From the NCBI GenBank assembly GCA_965644265.1, contig OZ286468.1:62620001-62684000 (forward strand): a stretch of 64,000 nucleotides of DNA. Reading direction: 5' to 3'. Positions within the stretch are counted from its first letter, which is position 1, and each line of letters begins with the position of its first letter. The notes beneath the pieces are model-generated. The model saw only the letters and a list, made by a program, of their open reading frames with translations, searched no databases and had not been told where the DNA came from. Positions 40,301 through 52,586 of this stretch are shown here, piece by piece. A program made the translations under genes and the position numbers. This DNA is from Glycera tridactyla (taxonomy: Eukaryota).

Positions 40301-40578
40301 TACAGAAACCATAATTCACCCACCCAACTAGCCAACAGATGTCAGTGCTACATAAGTAGTTCTCTTGCACACCACCAGGTGCTGCTCACAGTTTGTGGGT
40401 TTTATCTTTAAACTCGTCTTTAGCCTTTATAAGTGGAGGTGGTCTCTTGAAAAGGTTCGACTATATATATATATATAATAGGTTCAACAGTGTTATGAGG
40501 AGCTCAGACAGGTGTGTCTGAACTGACAGCTGCTTGACCACCTTTCTATCTTCCAATTATCCGTGTTCAGACCTATCC

Positions 40579-42930
40579 GAGAAGGTTTGGGACAGGGGAA
40601 ACGAGAAGGTTTGGGAACAGGGGAGATGAGAATGCTGGGGACAGGGGAGATGAGAAGGTTGAGGACAGGGGGATTAGAATATTGGGGACAAGAGAGGTGA
40701 GAAGGTTGAGGACAGGAGAGATGCGAAGGTTGGGGACTAGAGAGATGAGAAGGTTGAGGACAGGGGAGAAGAGAAGATTGGGGACAGGGGAGATGATAAG
40801 GATGAGGACAGGGGAGATGAGAAGGTTGGGGACAGGGGAGATGAGAAGGTTGGGGACAGGGGAGATGAGAAGATTGGGGACAGGGGAGATGAGAAGGTTG
40901 GGGACAGGGGAGATAAGAAGGTTGAGGACAGGGGAGATGAGAAGGTTGAGGACAGGGGAGATGATAAGGTTGGGGACAGGGGAGATGATAAGGTTGAGGA
41001 CAGGGGAGATGAGAAGGTTGAGGACAGGGGAGATGAGAAGGTTGAGGACAGGGGAGATGAGATGAGAAGATTAGGGACAAAGGGGATGAGAAGGTTGAGG
41101 ACATGGGAGATGAGAAGGTTGAGGACAGGGGAGATGATAAGATTGGGGACAGGGGGATGAGAAGATTAGGGACAGGGGAGATGAGAAGATTAGGGACAGG
41201 GGAGATGAGAAGATTGGGGACAGGGGGATGAGAAGATTAGGGACAGGGGAGATGAGAAGATTAGGGACAGGGGAGATGAGAAGATTGGGGACAGGGGAGA
41301 TGAGAAGGTTGGGGACAGGGGAGATGATAAGATTGGGGACAGGGGAGATGAGAAGATTAGGGACAGGGGAGATGAGAAGATTAGGGACATGGGAGATGAG
41401 ATGAGAAGGTTGAGGACAGGGGAGATGAGAAGGTTGAGGACAGGAGAGATGAGAAGATTGGGGACAGGGGAGATGAGAAGGTTGGGGACAGGGGAAATGA
41501 TAAGGTTGGGGACAGGGGAGATGAGAAGGTTGGGGACAGGGGAGATGAGAAGGTTGGGCACAGGGGAGATGAGAAGGTTGGGCACAGGGGAGATGAGAAG
41601 ATTAGGGACAGGGGAGATGAGAAGATTTGGGACAGGGGAGATGAGAAGGTTGAGGACAGGGGAGATGAGAAGATTAGGGACAGGGGAGATGAGAAGATTG
41701 GGGACAGGGGAGATGAGAAGATTAGGGACAGGGGAGATGAGAAGATTAGGGACAGGGGAGATGAGAAGATTAGGGACAGGGGAGGTGAGAAGGTTGGGGA
41801 CAGGGGAGATGAGATGAGAAGGTTGGGGACAGGGGAGATGAGAAGGTTGAGGACAGGAGAGATGAGAAGGTTGGGGACAGGGGAGATGAGAAGATTAGGG
41901 ACAGGGGAGATGAGAAGATTGGGGACAAAGGAGATGAGAAGGTTGAGGACAGGGGAGATGAGAAGATTAGGGACAAAGGAGATGAGAAGGTTGAGGACAG
42001 GGGAGATGAGAAGATAAGGGACAGGGAAGATGATAAGGATGAGGACAGGGGAGATGAGAAGGTTGGGGACAGGGGAGATGAGAAGGTTGGGGACAGGGGA
42101 GATAAGAAGATTGGGGACAGGGGAGATGGGAAGATTGGGGACAGGGGAGATGATAAGGTTGGGGACAGGGGAGATGGGAAGGTTGAGGACAGGGGAGATG
42201 AGAAGGTTGAGGACAGGGGAGATGAGATGAGAAGATTGGGGACAGGGGAGATGAGAAGGTTGGGGACAGGGGAGATGAGAAGGTTGGGGACAGGGGAGAT
42301 GAGAAGATTGGGGACAGGGGAGATGAGATGAGAAGATTGGGGACAGGGGAGATGAGAAGGTTGAGGACAGGGGAGATGATAAGGTTGGGGACAGGGGAGA
42401 TGATAAGGTTGAGGACAGGGGAGATGAGAAGGTTGAGGACAGGGGAGATGAGAAAATTAGGGACATGGGAGATGAGAAGATTAGGGACAGGGGAGATGAG
42501 AAGATTAGGGACAGGGGAGATGAGATGAGAAGGTTGGGAACAAGAGAAATGAGAAGGTTGGGGACAGGGGAGATGATAAGATTGGGGAGAGGGGAGATGA
42601 GAAGGTTGAAGACAGGGGAGATGAGAAGATTAGGGACAGGGGAGATGAGAAGATTGGGGACAGGGGCGATGAGAAGGTTGGGGACAGGGGAGATGATAAG
42701 ATTGGGGACAGGGGAGATGAAAAGGTTGAGGACAGGGGAGATGAGAAGGTTGGGGACAGGGGAGATGAGAAGGTTGGGCACAGGGGAGATGAGAAGATTA
42801 GGGGCAGGGGAGATGAGATGAGAAGGTTGGGGACAAAGGAGATGAGAAGGTTGAGGACAGGGGAGATGAGAAGGTTGAGGACAGGGGAGATGAGAAGCTT
42901 CGGGAAGGGTAGATGAGGAGATTGGGGACC
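40579..42930. repeat. 24-bp purine-rich minisatellite, roughly 95 copies
   Basis: Unit GGGGACAGGGGAGATGAGAAGGTT and variants; it produces the spurious (MRRLGTGE)n, (PQPSHLPC)n and (LLISPVPN)n ORFs. Confidence 0.95.
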
Positions 42931-43623
42931 TCCTTTCTAGCATCTCCCGCGCTTTTTTATCATTGAGACCAGACGTTATCAGAAGATGAAGGCCGTGAGG
43001 ACAATGACGACTCATCCGCTGATAGCGAGTGACAATGTCGGTTTTGAACAAGGAAAACCCAGTGAATAAATCACACATACTTTCATTCGCCACTTCAAGA
43101 CATTGTAAATCTCATCCAGCTAAAAACCTTCATAATATGGCTAATTGAGTGTCGCACTTGGAGTGTCAGCTCAAGATTAATAGCGAAATGAAAGAAGACA
43201 TTCCTAGGCTATCAAACTGAGCGAGCGCACATAAAGCACGAGGTGGCCGCACGTGGCAGGCTTGGAAACTGACATCTGTGGTGAAGGGCCAGTACTAGGT
43301 GAGGTGTTGCTGGTGGCCGCTTGATTTATGAGATGAGCTTCATGCGGACGATTTTGACAGCCCCCAGCGGCGACCAGCTTGCATCCTCACAATGCATCGT
43401 GTGCTACACTGACTCACAATCACACATTCATTGTTCAATTTCAAAAATGTTTGTTTAGTGGTTTCTGCTCTCCATTGTAAGAACTTGNNNNNNNNNNNNN
43501 NNNNNNNNNNNNNNNNNNNNNNNNNNNNNNNNNNNNNNNNNNNNNNNNNNNNNNNNNNNNNNNNNNNNNNNNNNNNNNNNNNNNNNNNNNNNNNNNNNNN
43601 NNNNNNNNNNNNNNNNNNNNNNN

Positions 43624-43930
43624 NGATGCGGTGGTTGTGGTGGCTGTGGAGCTGGTGCTGGTGATGCTGGTGGTTGTGGTGTTGGCGGTGGTGGCTGTGA
43701 TGGTGGTGGTGGTGGCTGTGATGGTGCTGGTGTTGTTGTTGGGGCTAGTGGTGGTAGTGGTGCTGGTGGTGCTGGTGCTGGTGGTGCTGGTGTTGGTGGG
43801 ACTGGTGGTGGTGTTGGGGTTGTTGGTGGTAGAGTTATTGTTGATGATGGAGGTGTTTGAGCTGTTGTTGGTGGTGATTGGCTGTGGCGGTGTTGGTGAT
43901 GATGGCAGTGGTGTTGTTGGTGTTGGTGGC
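43624..43930. repeat. Degenerate (GGT/GGC/GTT)n low-complexity tract
   Basis: Direct reading; abuts an N-run. Confidence 0.9.
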
Positions 43931-45023
43931 ATCCTGTCCACCTGTCAAGTTGCAGTCTCATCTGTGCGCGTCGATTTAGCGACATGCAATGGCCTAAGTA
44001 AGATGTGGGCTGCATGGAGAAGGTGCATGGAGGTGGAAGATGGCGGGCTACATGCCAAGTGTAGTCTTCCACTTCACAGCACATACTGAGGGATATAACA
44101 TCGACACGCGCACTTCATACACAACACACACCGCTACAATCATCCACCGCTCTCTTTGAAATTGACTGCGTCGGCATTTCTTCAAAACAAATAACCTAAT
44201 TTTATCTAATCATTCTATATATGGGAAATTGCCGGAAATAAACAGATTGTTATCTTTCTGAATATTGTCGGGCACATGCTGGCAATTTCATCATTCTATG
44301 CCAAATTGTAATTGCACCATTTAGACTGCACTGGTGCACCATTTGTTTAAGACGGAAATGTACTATAAATTTCAGATTGGAATGCACGTGTTAGGTTGAG
44401 AAAAATCACATAGATAACATCATGCACTCCTCATCCTATGCACAAATAAAGTCGATCAACGATGGAAAATCATATCCAATGCTTACAATGAAATATCTAT
44501 TAAAAAGTGGAGAGTATGCCGAAAGGAAGCAGACAATGGTGTATCTGGTGTCATATATTACAAGCATGGGTGCGCGGACTCGTGCCAGGGGTTGGGGTGG
44601 CAGGACATACGAGACACGTGCAGAGGAAGTGCTTATAGTAAGCCAGAGTGTCACTGACAGGTGTCAAGAGGATATCTATAAGTACATTGTGTATGAATAA
44701 TGATCATCTGGTTTCTCGTACACTGCATCAGTCTATAACAGTCTGAACGTCGCCGCCAACAATGCTTATACCACCTTTCTTGACAGAACACACCAACCAT
44801 ATACATTCACTACATTTAATAGATCCATATTTTCTTCTTGGACTCCATATAGAGGGCGTTTTGACTCAGAAGATACATAGTGGGACCTTTATAAAAGAAT
44901 CACAATATTCAGCAATCATCTGTCGAGCAGCCACTTTCTGATTTCCCTATGTGGTATTTTCACTATAGTTCACCACTATCAAGGAAGAGGGACCATCCTC
45001 AACCACATATAATGTATCGACTA

Positions 45024-45201
45024 CAGTCGAACCTGCTCTAAAGACCACCTCTCTATAGAGACCACCTGCCTATAAAGACGGCCCTGAGCTGCGACCGTGA
45101 TAGTATTTTCAAAAGTGAATGACCTCTCTATAAAGACCACCTGCTCATAAAGACCACTTTTTGATGCGACCGAAGGCGGTCTTTATGGACAGGTTCGACT
45201 G
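45024..45201. mobile_element. Tc1/mariner (pogo-like) MITE
   Basis: TA|CAGTCGAACCTG...CAGGTTCGACTG|TA; 178 bp, with repeated internal AAAGACCACC motifs. Confidence 0.85.
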
Positions 45202-45455
45202 TACATTATTTTGGTAGCAAAACTGAAGCAGCGTGTCAAGGAAGAGAACTTATCGATGAGAGCACAAATTTGATACTATTTCCGAAAATGAAAACCACAT
45301 TTGTCTTAACCTACACCAGAGGTTGTGTAGCATGAAGTGCCACCTGAAATCTTCCAAATCATACGCCAATGATTGTAAAACACCTCTTAGAGAATTCTCG
45401 AGATTAACGACTTCACATACTATCAAGTGGCATGCCGTATTTGCTTTACAGAGTA

Positions 45456-45604
45456 CAGTCAAACCTGTCGCGTAGCAAAATGGCCTTTGTAGACAGATGG
45501 CTTCTGTAGAGTGGTCGTTTACTATTTTCACAGTCTCAGCTCAGAGTGGCCTTTGTAGGCAGGTGGCCGTTGTATACAGGTGGTCTCTCGAGCAGGTCCG
45601 ACTG
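45456..45604. mobile_element. Tc1/mariner (pogo-like) MITE, degraded right end
   Basis: TA|CAGTCAAACCTG...CAGGTCCGACTG|CA. Confidence 0.65.
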
Positions 45605-45615
45605 CACTCCTCATA

Positions 45616-45929
45616 CAATCGAACCTGTCGACAAAGACTGCCCTCGATCGCATCAAGAGAGGTGGCCTTTGTAGAGAGGTGGTCTTTGTAGAGAGGTAGC
45701 CTTTGTAGAGAGGTGGCCTTTGTAGAGAGGTAGCCTTTGTAGAGAGGTGGTCTTTGTAGAGAGGTGGTCTTTGTAGAGAGGTGGCCTTTGTAGAGAGGTG
45801 GCCTTTGTAGAGAGGTAGCCTTTGTAGAGAGGTGGTCTTTGTAGAGCGGTCATTCACTGTAGAAAACATTCTCACGGTCACAGATCGGGTTGGCCATTGT
45901 AGACAGGTCGTCTCAAGCTGGTTCGAGTG
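45616..45929. mobile_element. MITE with an internal 17-bp tandem expansion
   Basis: TA|CAATCGAACCTG...CTGGTTCGAGTG|TA, enclosing about 11 copies of AGAGAGGTGGCCTTTGT (about 45656-45848). Confidence 0.65.
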
Positions 45930-48884
45930 TATATTTGATATTGGGTTGTACTCCTGCAGATACATCATTAATAAGGGAATCTGTGTGTTGTGTCTTTCTT
46001 CAAAAATGGACACAGCAATATTTTCATTTCTCTTCCACTTTTCTCTCTGCATATATCACATAGATAACAGATCATTATCAGTGACTAACTCGCAGTATTA
46101 CCATAATCAATTATGTTTCCTGAACAATTGAGCTATGTAGCTCTTGATATTTATGACACTGTATATATGATCTGATTTACTCTGCCGCAAGTTTCAGGTG
46201 GAATTGAAGTGTGCAAAGCGATATGGCAGCTAGCAGATGGCCGTAGAGAGCATGTAAGATATTTGGACGCTGTGAGTTACTGCGAGCACCAACAACACCA
46301 TTATTGCCACCACTGACCGCCAGGAAAACGTCAGCAAAACAACCGACCTGCCATCCTCTCTCTCTTTTTGTTAAGCTTACCCTGCCTGTCTTGCCTACCT
46401 AAATGCTTGCCTGCCTACCCACATGTGTGTATGTCTGTTTGACGGTTTGCCTGTCTCCCAACCCACATAACTACCTGTTTATCTTCCTAACCACTCATTT
46501 ACCAACCTATATATTTGTCTAGTTATCTACCTACGCACTGATCTACCTATCAGCCAACCACCTACTCGATTGCCTGCCTGCCTACTTACCAACCTGCCTG
46601 CCTACTTGTGACAGCACTGGGAAATGTGAAAGTGGTGCACGAAAAAACTGATACTGGGGACAAGCTCGCCTTTGTCAGTTTTTCTTCTAATTGTGCAACG
46701 GAAACTGTTATAATTCGAAATTTGCAAATGAGCCGTACGAGGGAATGAATTTTTTAGGGAAGCAAAATAACTGCTCGGCTGTGCCCCACCATCCCCGTCA
46801 GGACTCATTTCATTGGTGCGTAGATGCATACAACGTTGATGCTTTCTCTATAAGTGGAAATATTCGCTACCCCGCCTTTTCTCCACACATCTAATTTGTG
46901 GTGAAGTGATCGCCTGGCCCTAATTGTGGATATTATAGCGATCACTGGCCAAGCATATGCACTCAGTGTTCATGGTACTATTGGCGCGTGAACAGGCGCG
47001 AGAAGCATAATGACTGACAAAAAAGGTCGAATGGATATTTACTTGAATTTGATGAACAATAGTTCAATGGCTCACGAATCCAAGGGCCACCATGTAGCAA
47101 ATGTTCNNNNNNNNNNNNNNNNNNNNNNNNNNNNNNNNNNNNNNNNNNNNNNNNNNNNNNNNNNNNNNNNNNNNNNNNNNNNNNNNNNNNNNNNNNNNNN
47201 NNNNNNNNNNNNNNNNNNNNNNNNNNNNNNNNNNNNNNNNNNNTGAGTGCCTATATATCCTTACCAAAAAGCATATTTCATTTATATATGTCATGAAGCG
47301 TGATTGAATTATTGTATTGTTCATGTCGAGGGTGGGGGGGGGGAGCTGTCATTGCGATCAGCTGCCACTGAGTGTCGCCCGGTAGAGTAGGCACCTCACT
47401 GAAGGACCGTTATGCTTAGGAACATCCACTATCTTTTTTAACTCATCTCAGGTGTGATTTATCCATATAAATCACACATTCAGAGCATTCGTTTGCTGGA
47501 GAAGTGCCGCTTTACCTAATGGTGTCTACAAAGATCAGCCAAGCGATAATCTAATAGTATGTCAGCCGTTACACAACCTTTCACCAGAAGCCAGTGAGTT
47601 AAGTGAAAACATGTTGCCAGGGTGAACCCAAACAGAGCGCATTTGACTGACGCGAGGCTTGATTCAGGCCCAACAACATGAGAGTAACATTCAAATTCGA
47701 AAGACAGTTGATGGATCAATATATCAGGTAGGCCTGTGGGCCGGAAGGAAGTATGCCTTGCAAGGGGTTGATTGATTTATTGAGTGATTGATTGAGTGAG
47801 TGATTGGGTGATTGATTGATCGGTCACCCAGTCTATAAACCGTCAGCGCTAATCTGGCTGATCTCTCACAAATCTTCGAAGCTACTGCGGCTACTGGACA
47901 TTGTGATGCACAGATGGCAGAGGACATTCAGATGGCAGTGGTTAGATGAAAAGCTGCCTGCGGGCAACACTCATATATCCGTTTCTCATGATGGTTTCTG
48001 GAATGCTCAGATAGTATATGTGTAACAGATCCACACGGCATTGCTATTTGCCTGCTATGTATTTGAGATATGTCAAAGGAATGGACATGTTCTGCCAGCA
48101 CCGCGCAACATATCACAATAGACCGCAGGCTACGGGGTCCATTTTCTAAATGCCTCTGTAGGATGACCATGAGATGCTTTTGACCTCTGTTTGACCTTGC
48201 CCACTGGATGAGTGCAGTACTCATTGGTAGCATCGATTTCCACTTTTTTATCGTAAATATTCATTTCCATGTTTGGTACAACCTGGCTAATCAGAAAAAC
48301 ATAGTTTTCCCGGGATGCATGGTACAAGGTTGACCCATGTAGCCCACGGCCTATGATCACAGCTAGTAGCTAAGAGTAGCCCATCAGCAATTCATGCAAA
48401 ACCCTGGCCAGATCTCATAACATGTGTCACCAACAAAAATCCAATAAATAACCTGAGGAAGAGCGGGGTCCAAAAGCCGTTTTGGTTGTCCCAAAAAGGT
48501 CATGATAACCTGGGATCTCTATGTAACTACTTGATTTTCGCTAGAGAAGAAAGCCAATATGTTGCTGCCCCGATGTTCACAAACTGGAGTCATGTGCATT
48601 TACTGACAATGCTTTCCCTAGTCGACCCCGGGTAGTGTTAAGTTTTACATAGCTAATATAGGTGCAAGATTAATACAACAATACCACAGCATGATGCTGA
48701 ATATATTACATCTGGAGAAGTTCATCTGCATAACTGCAACACCTGTTTAGTCGGCGATATTTTTTTTTTACTTAGTGGCCCGTTTCGACAATTCTGAACA
48801 ATCTCCAAGATGAAGTAGCCCATTCCGCGATGTATTTACAATGAGAAACAGCCTGCGTGACGGGCTATCTATCTATCTATTCGA

Positions 48885-49545
48885 TTCAATTCAATTCAAA
48901 ACTCTTTATTTATACTCGTGAAACATGCATAAACAGTATATACACAACCACAGTTAGTTCTAAACAGCAGAGCTTCATCCAGTGGCCACGAGTTAGAGAA
49001 CTCGGAAACTTTTCTAAGTCACTCATACGAAAATAGTCACCATCTGTGAATATGTATATAAAAGATGTAAATTTTACCATAGAATATTAGTAACAGTAAC
49101 AGAGAATTTCGGGTATGAAAGAAGAATCTAGAGGGATGATTACACAAATATACATGAGAAATATGTACAGGTCAAGCAAAGATGGAAAAGAGATAGTGAT
49201 TAAGGAGAGGAAAGAAAGTGAGGGTAGGGGAAACGTAGGTAGGTGGTCAGAAATAAGGAAAAAAGAAAGGAGCAATACTGACAAATTAGTTCCTAGGATA
49301 AACGCATACGTTTACAGTTGACTGCAAAATAGTCTTCTATGATAGTCTGATGAAGAGTAATAATTGTAGCAGTGCATGTGTGATAGTCTCATGTTACTGT
49401 TCCAAGTTCCCATGCAGTATTTCCCTTCACGAGACTTGATTTAAAGACATTTATTCTACTTGAATTTCTCAAATCGGGTGGTGAGGTATTCCAAACACGT
49501 GCTGCTCTGTGGTAAATATTTCAACGGCATTTCTGCAATCTAGGT
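48885..49545 (-). mobile_element. 5'-truncated CR1/L2-group LINE remnant (ORF2 C-terminus, 3' UTR and short-repeat tail)
   Basis: The minus strand near 49430-49520 translates YHRAARVWNTSPPDLRNSSRINVFKSSL (pattern F..R...WNxLP...S...FK..L) and ends in a (TTGAA)n-like tail at about 48885-48900. Confidence 0.55.
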
Positions 49546-50819
49546 TAGGGAATTCTTAGATTTCAACCAGTCAGGCAGTGTGTCAGACATCCGCCCATCT
49601 GTCTATCTATATATCTGTCTGTCTGACTTTCCGTTTCTCACTTGCTCCTACTCTTGTACCCGTGTCTATCTGTCCGTTCATCAGAAGATATTGGCAGAAT
49701 GATTACACAGTTTCAGAAACGCTATAAACACTCATCATGCCGTTAAGAATGTATCTCCGCTAATGTGGATGCGTTTCTCCTGTCCCTGCCAATGATGAAA
49801 AATGTGATATCAGCGTGACTCGTTCTAGTTTGATGAGGTAACATGTCTGCCAGCTATAGGCTAGCCATCATTCTGGCTGGCCACTGCTGAATCAGCAACT
49901 CTCGGGTGGAGAATTAAGACCAAGGGCGTGTGTGAGCATTTGTAAATAGTATTGTCATCCGATGTATAAAAACCTACACGGGTCAGCTTCATTGTCATCC
50001 ACCCAAATGCCAAAATAAGTTGACAGCTGTGCTATCGTGATTCAGTCACTTCAAACATACGATGCATTTGTGCTTGTTAAAATTATGGTAATTTATTCAA
50101 CATTTCAGAGGAAAGACATTACATTCAACATACTTGTCTAAATTTGTATTGCGAATCCTCTTCGTTACCCGGCTTGTATGTTGCTTGAGATACCACATCG
50201 AATATGCAAAAACATTACGTTTCGTCCACATGCCACACGTAGATTACTTCTCTCCGTTTCCATCATTGGCATGATTATGAGGGACAGGTGAGGTGCACTT
50301 TACAAGTTTTATCTGAATAGTCTGGAAGTTTTTGTCACGACCATGATGACATGTAAGCCTAGTACAACTATCTCTAACCCTAATCGTGAGAAAAGGGGAC
50401 TTCCGAAAACATTGTCTTGTCATATTGATCTGGGAACTTCCAAAGCGCACACTATTTTGTTCATTTTATTTCATAAGTGTAGCTGAGAATATAGAAAAAG
50501 ATAGGTACCTGCCAATATAAAACTGATAAATTATCATGAAGAAGATGGTAGATATATAATTACATAACCAATTGTATGCGAAAGTGAACCAGGATTCGTT
50601 GAAAGCTATTTAAGAAACTGGATATTTCATCCTATTTTGTTCTTGTCCTGACGACCAGACAGGGTATTCAATACACCCGTGACAAAGGATCTGTCACCGG
50701 TCGTTGCTAAAATGAAAGACGTCCAAGGTGATGGTTGATGAGACTACTATCAGTATCGGGAGCTTGACGCGAACCAGTAATGGGAGGTTAGGCCTAGAGT
50801 TAACGTAGGCTAACCATCA

Positions 50820-50895
50820 TCAGTTGCCTGTTTTACGGGGGGCACCCCGAAGGATTCACAAAGGATAAGAGTGCGTTAATTGGCTTCGTGCTCCA
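50820..50895. repeat. DIRS 3' inverted terminal repeat (partner of 57562-57636)
   Basis: 50858-50895 is the exact reverse complement of 57562-57599 (38 bp). The outer part aligns only imperfectly. Confidence 0.85.
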
Positions 50896-50963
50896 ACTTT
50901 GACGACCATGCGACAATGACAAGTTTCTAAAAGGATTCACAAGGGTGGGCAACCCGAGGTGGG

Positions 50964-51092
50964 CTTTGTGAATCCTTCGGGGTGCCCCCCGTAAAACAGG
51001 CAACTGATGATGGTTAGCCTACGTTAACTCTAGGCCTAACCTCCCATCAGGTGCCTCCGTTTTCACGGAGTGCACCCCTTCGGACAAAGGAT
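50964..51092 (-). repeat. DIRS internal complementary region (ICR)
   Basis: 50964-51047 is the exact reverse complement of 50780-50863 (84 bp). 51047-51092 is the exact reverse complement of 57591-57636 (46 bp). The two halves share T51047. Confidence 0.93.
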
Positions 51093-51596
51093 TTTTGTAG
51101 ATTGTTATTTTCGTATGGACCTTAAGTGCGGTCACCTACATGTTATACCATCTCGATTTGGCGAAGGGCTTTTACCCGATCTCGTATCTCATCCCATGTG
51201 GTGTCATCTTTCGGTTCTCCCACCAAAAATACTAACTCTGCATGGACTTCCTGGCGGATTGTGACTGGATCACATGTGGGGCAATCACAAGGTGCCTGTC
51301 TGATAAGGATACAGTGATTTATGTGTAACACCACTGCCTTGATGATCTCACCATCAAATAATTTGTGCACCGTTACTTTCTCTGCCACAAAACTCTGGTC
51401 CCAAGGCGTTGGCAGGTTCATAGAGTACGACATCTGAAACAAATTGTATTCATGAGTTCCTGTGATAACACGTAATCCATCAAACTTTGAGTGGGGAAAT
51501 CGATGAAAAAACGACTGGAAATGTCACTTATATATGTAAGGTGTATATGTGATACTCAAACAATAGCCTGTGGTTCCCCTGTAACGTCTGGCACTC

Positions 51597-52586
51597 TCAC
51601 ACTTGCTGGGCCATGCTTGAACTGGATGTTGGTAATACTGATAATGCCAAATTTGCCACAGGGTTGATTGGCCGCAGGTAATAATGCCTGAATACAGATT
51701 CGGATTTCCAATCGATAGCTTGCATTATTTCTGTGATGGGTAGCTTCAAGGCAGCCTTGCTGGCCGCAGCTGATCTGGTGGAATGAGCAGTATATTTGAG
51801 GTCAATGCCTGCCTTTCTAAGAGTACGTTTTATCCAACCACTGATCGTAATTGTCGATGCTTGCTTTGTTGGTTCATTTGATGTGAGAAATAATTTGGAA
51901 ATGTTTCTACGTAGTGGTTTGGTCACCTTCATGTATTGTAAAAGGCATCGTACCACACAAATGTTGTCATTGCCTTGTATTACTGGTAAAACAATTGAAG
52001 GCGTCTTTCTTTTTCCACTGGTTTGTTTCATTCGTTCTTTTACATGGAAAATGACACATGTATTTGTTATTGTCAGGTGTTTCAGATCTAGGGCATGGAG
52101 TGTTTGCACTCTTTGACCTGTCGCTAAAGCTATGAGAGTGGCCAGCTTCTTATTCAGCTCAAAAAGCGAGAGTTGCTCATTTTTTGGTCCATTTTTCAAA
52201 AAATCTATGACTACATCTGGATCCCAGATGGTCTCATGTTTCGCTCTAGGGGGTTTGTCCAAGCCAATACCCCTAAAAAATCTTTTTAAAATTGGCATGG
52301 GAGTATCAGCTCCTGTAGTTAGTAGCCGAAAAGTAGTTAGTGCCGACTTGGCCACTCTCACTACTGCTATAGATTCACTTTCTCTGTATAATTCTGACAG
52401 GAAATTTATCATATTGTTTTCAGTTGGGTAATCGGGATCCAACTGCCATTTAAGGCAAAACCCCTCCCATTTGTCCAGATAGGACTTATACTGCTTGAGG
52501 GTACTTGCTCTCCATGATCCCAAGATAGCTCTTTTAGCTTCATCTGATATTTGTAACTTTTCCACCGCTCTCCTGAGACATGGCAC
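51597..52586 (-). CDS. DIRS ORF3, tyrosine recombinase
   Basis: 329-aa ORF overlapping the pol 3' end by 178 bp. Catalytic set present: R (ATGQR), K (MKQT), HxxR (HSTR), W (IDW), Y (RHYY). N-terminal core-binding region RASTLKQYKSYLDKW. Confidence 0.93.
   Translation of the reverse strand: MPCLRRAVEKLQISDEAKRAILGSWRASTLKQYKSYLDKWEGFCLKWQLDPDYPTENNMINFLSELYRESESIAVVRVAKSALTTFRLLTTGADTPMPILKRFFRGIGLDKPPRAKHETIWDPDVVIDFLKNGPKNEQLSLFELNKKLATLIALATGQRVQTLHALDLKHLTITNTCVIFHVKERMKQTSGKRKTPSIVLPVIQGNDNICVVRCLLQYMKVTKPLRRNISKLFLTSNEPTKQASTITISGWIKRTLRKAGIDLKYTAHSTRSAAASKAALKLPITEIMQAIDWKSESVFRHYYLRPINPVANLALSVLPTSSSSMAQQV

Noticed and set aside
40493-43093. 570-aa and other long repetitive ORFs
   Set aside because: They arise from the stop-poor 24-bp minisatellite, are open on both strands and are broken by 5-nt insertions.
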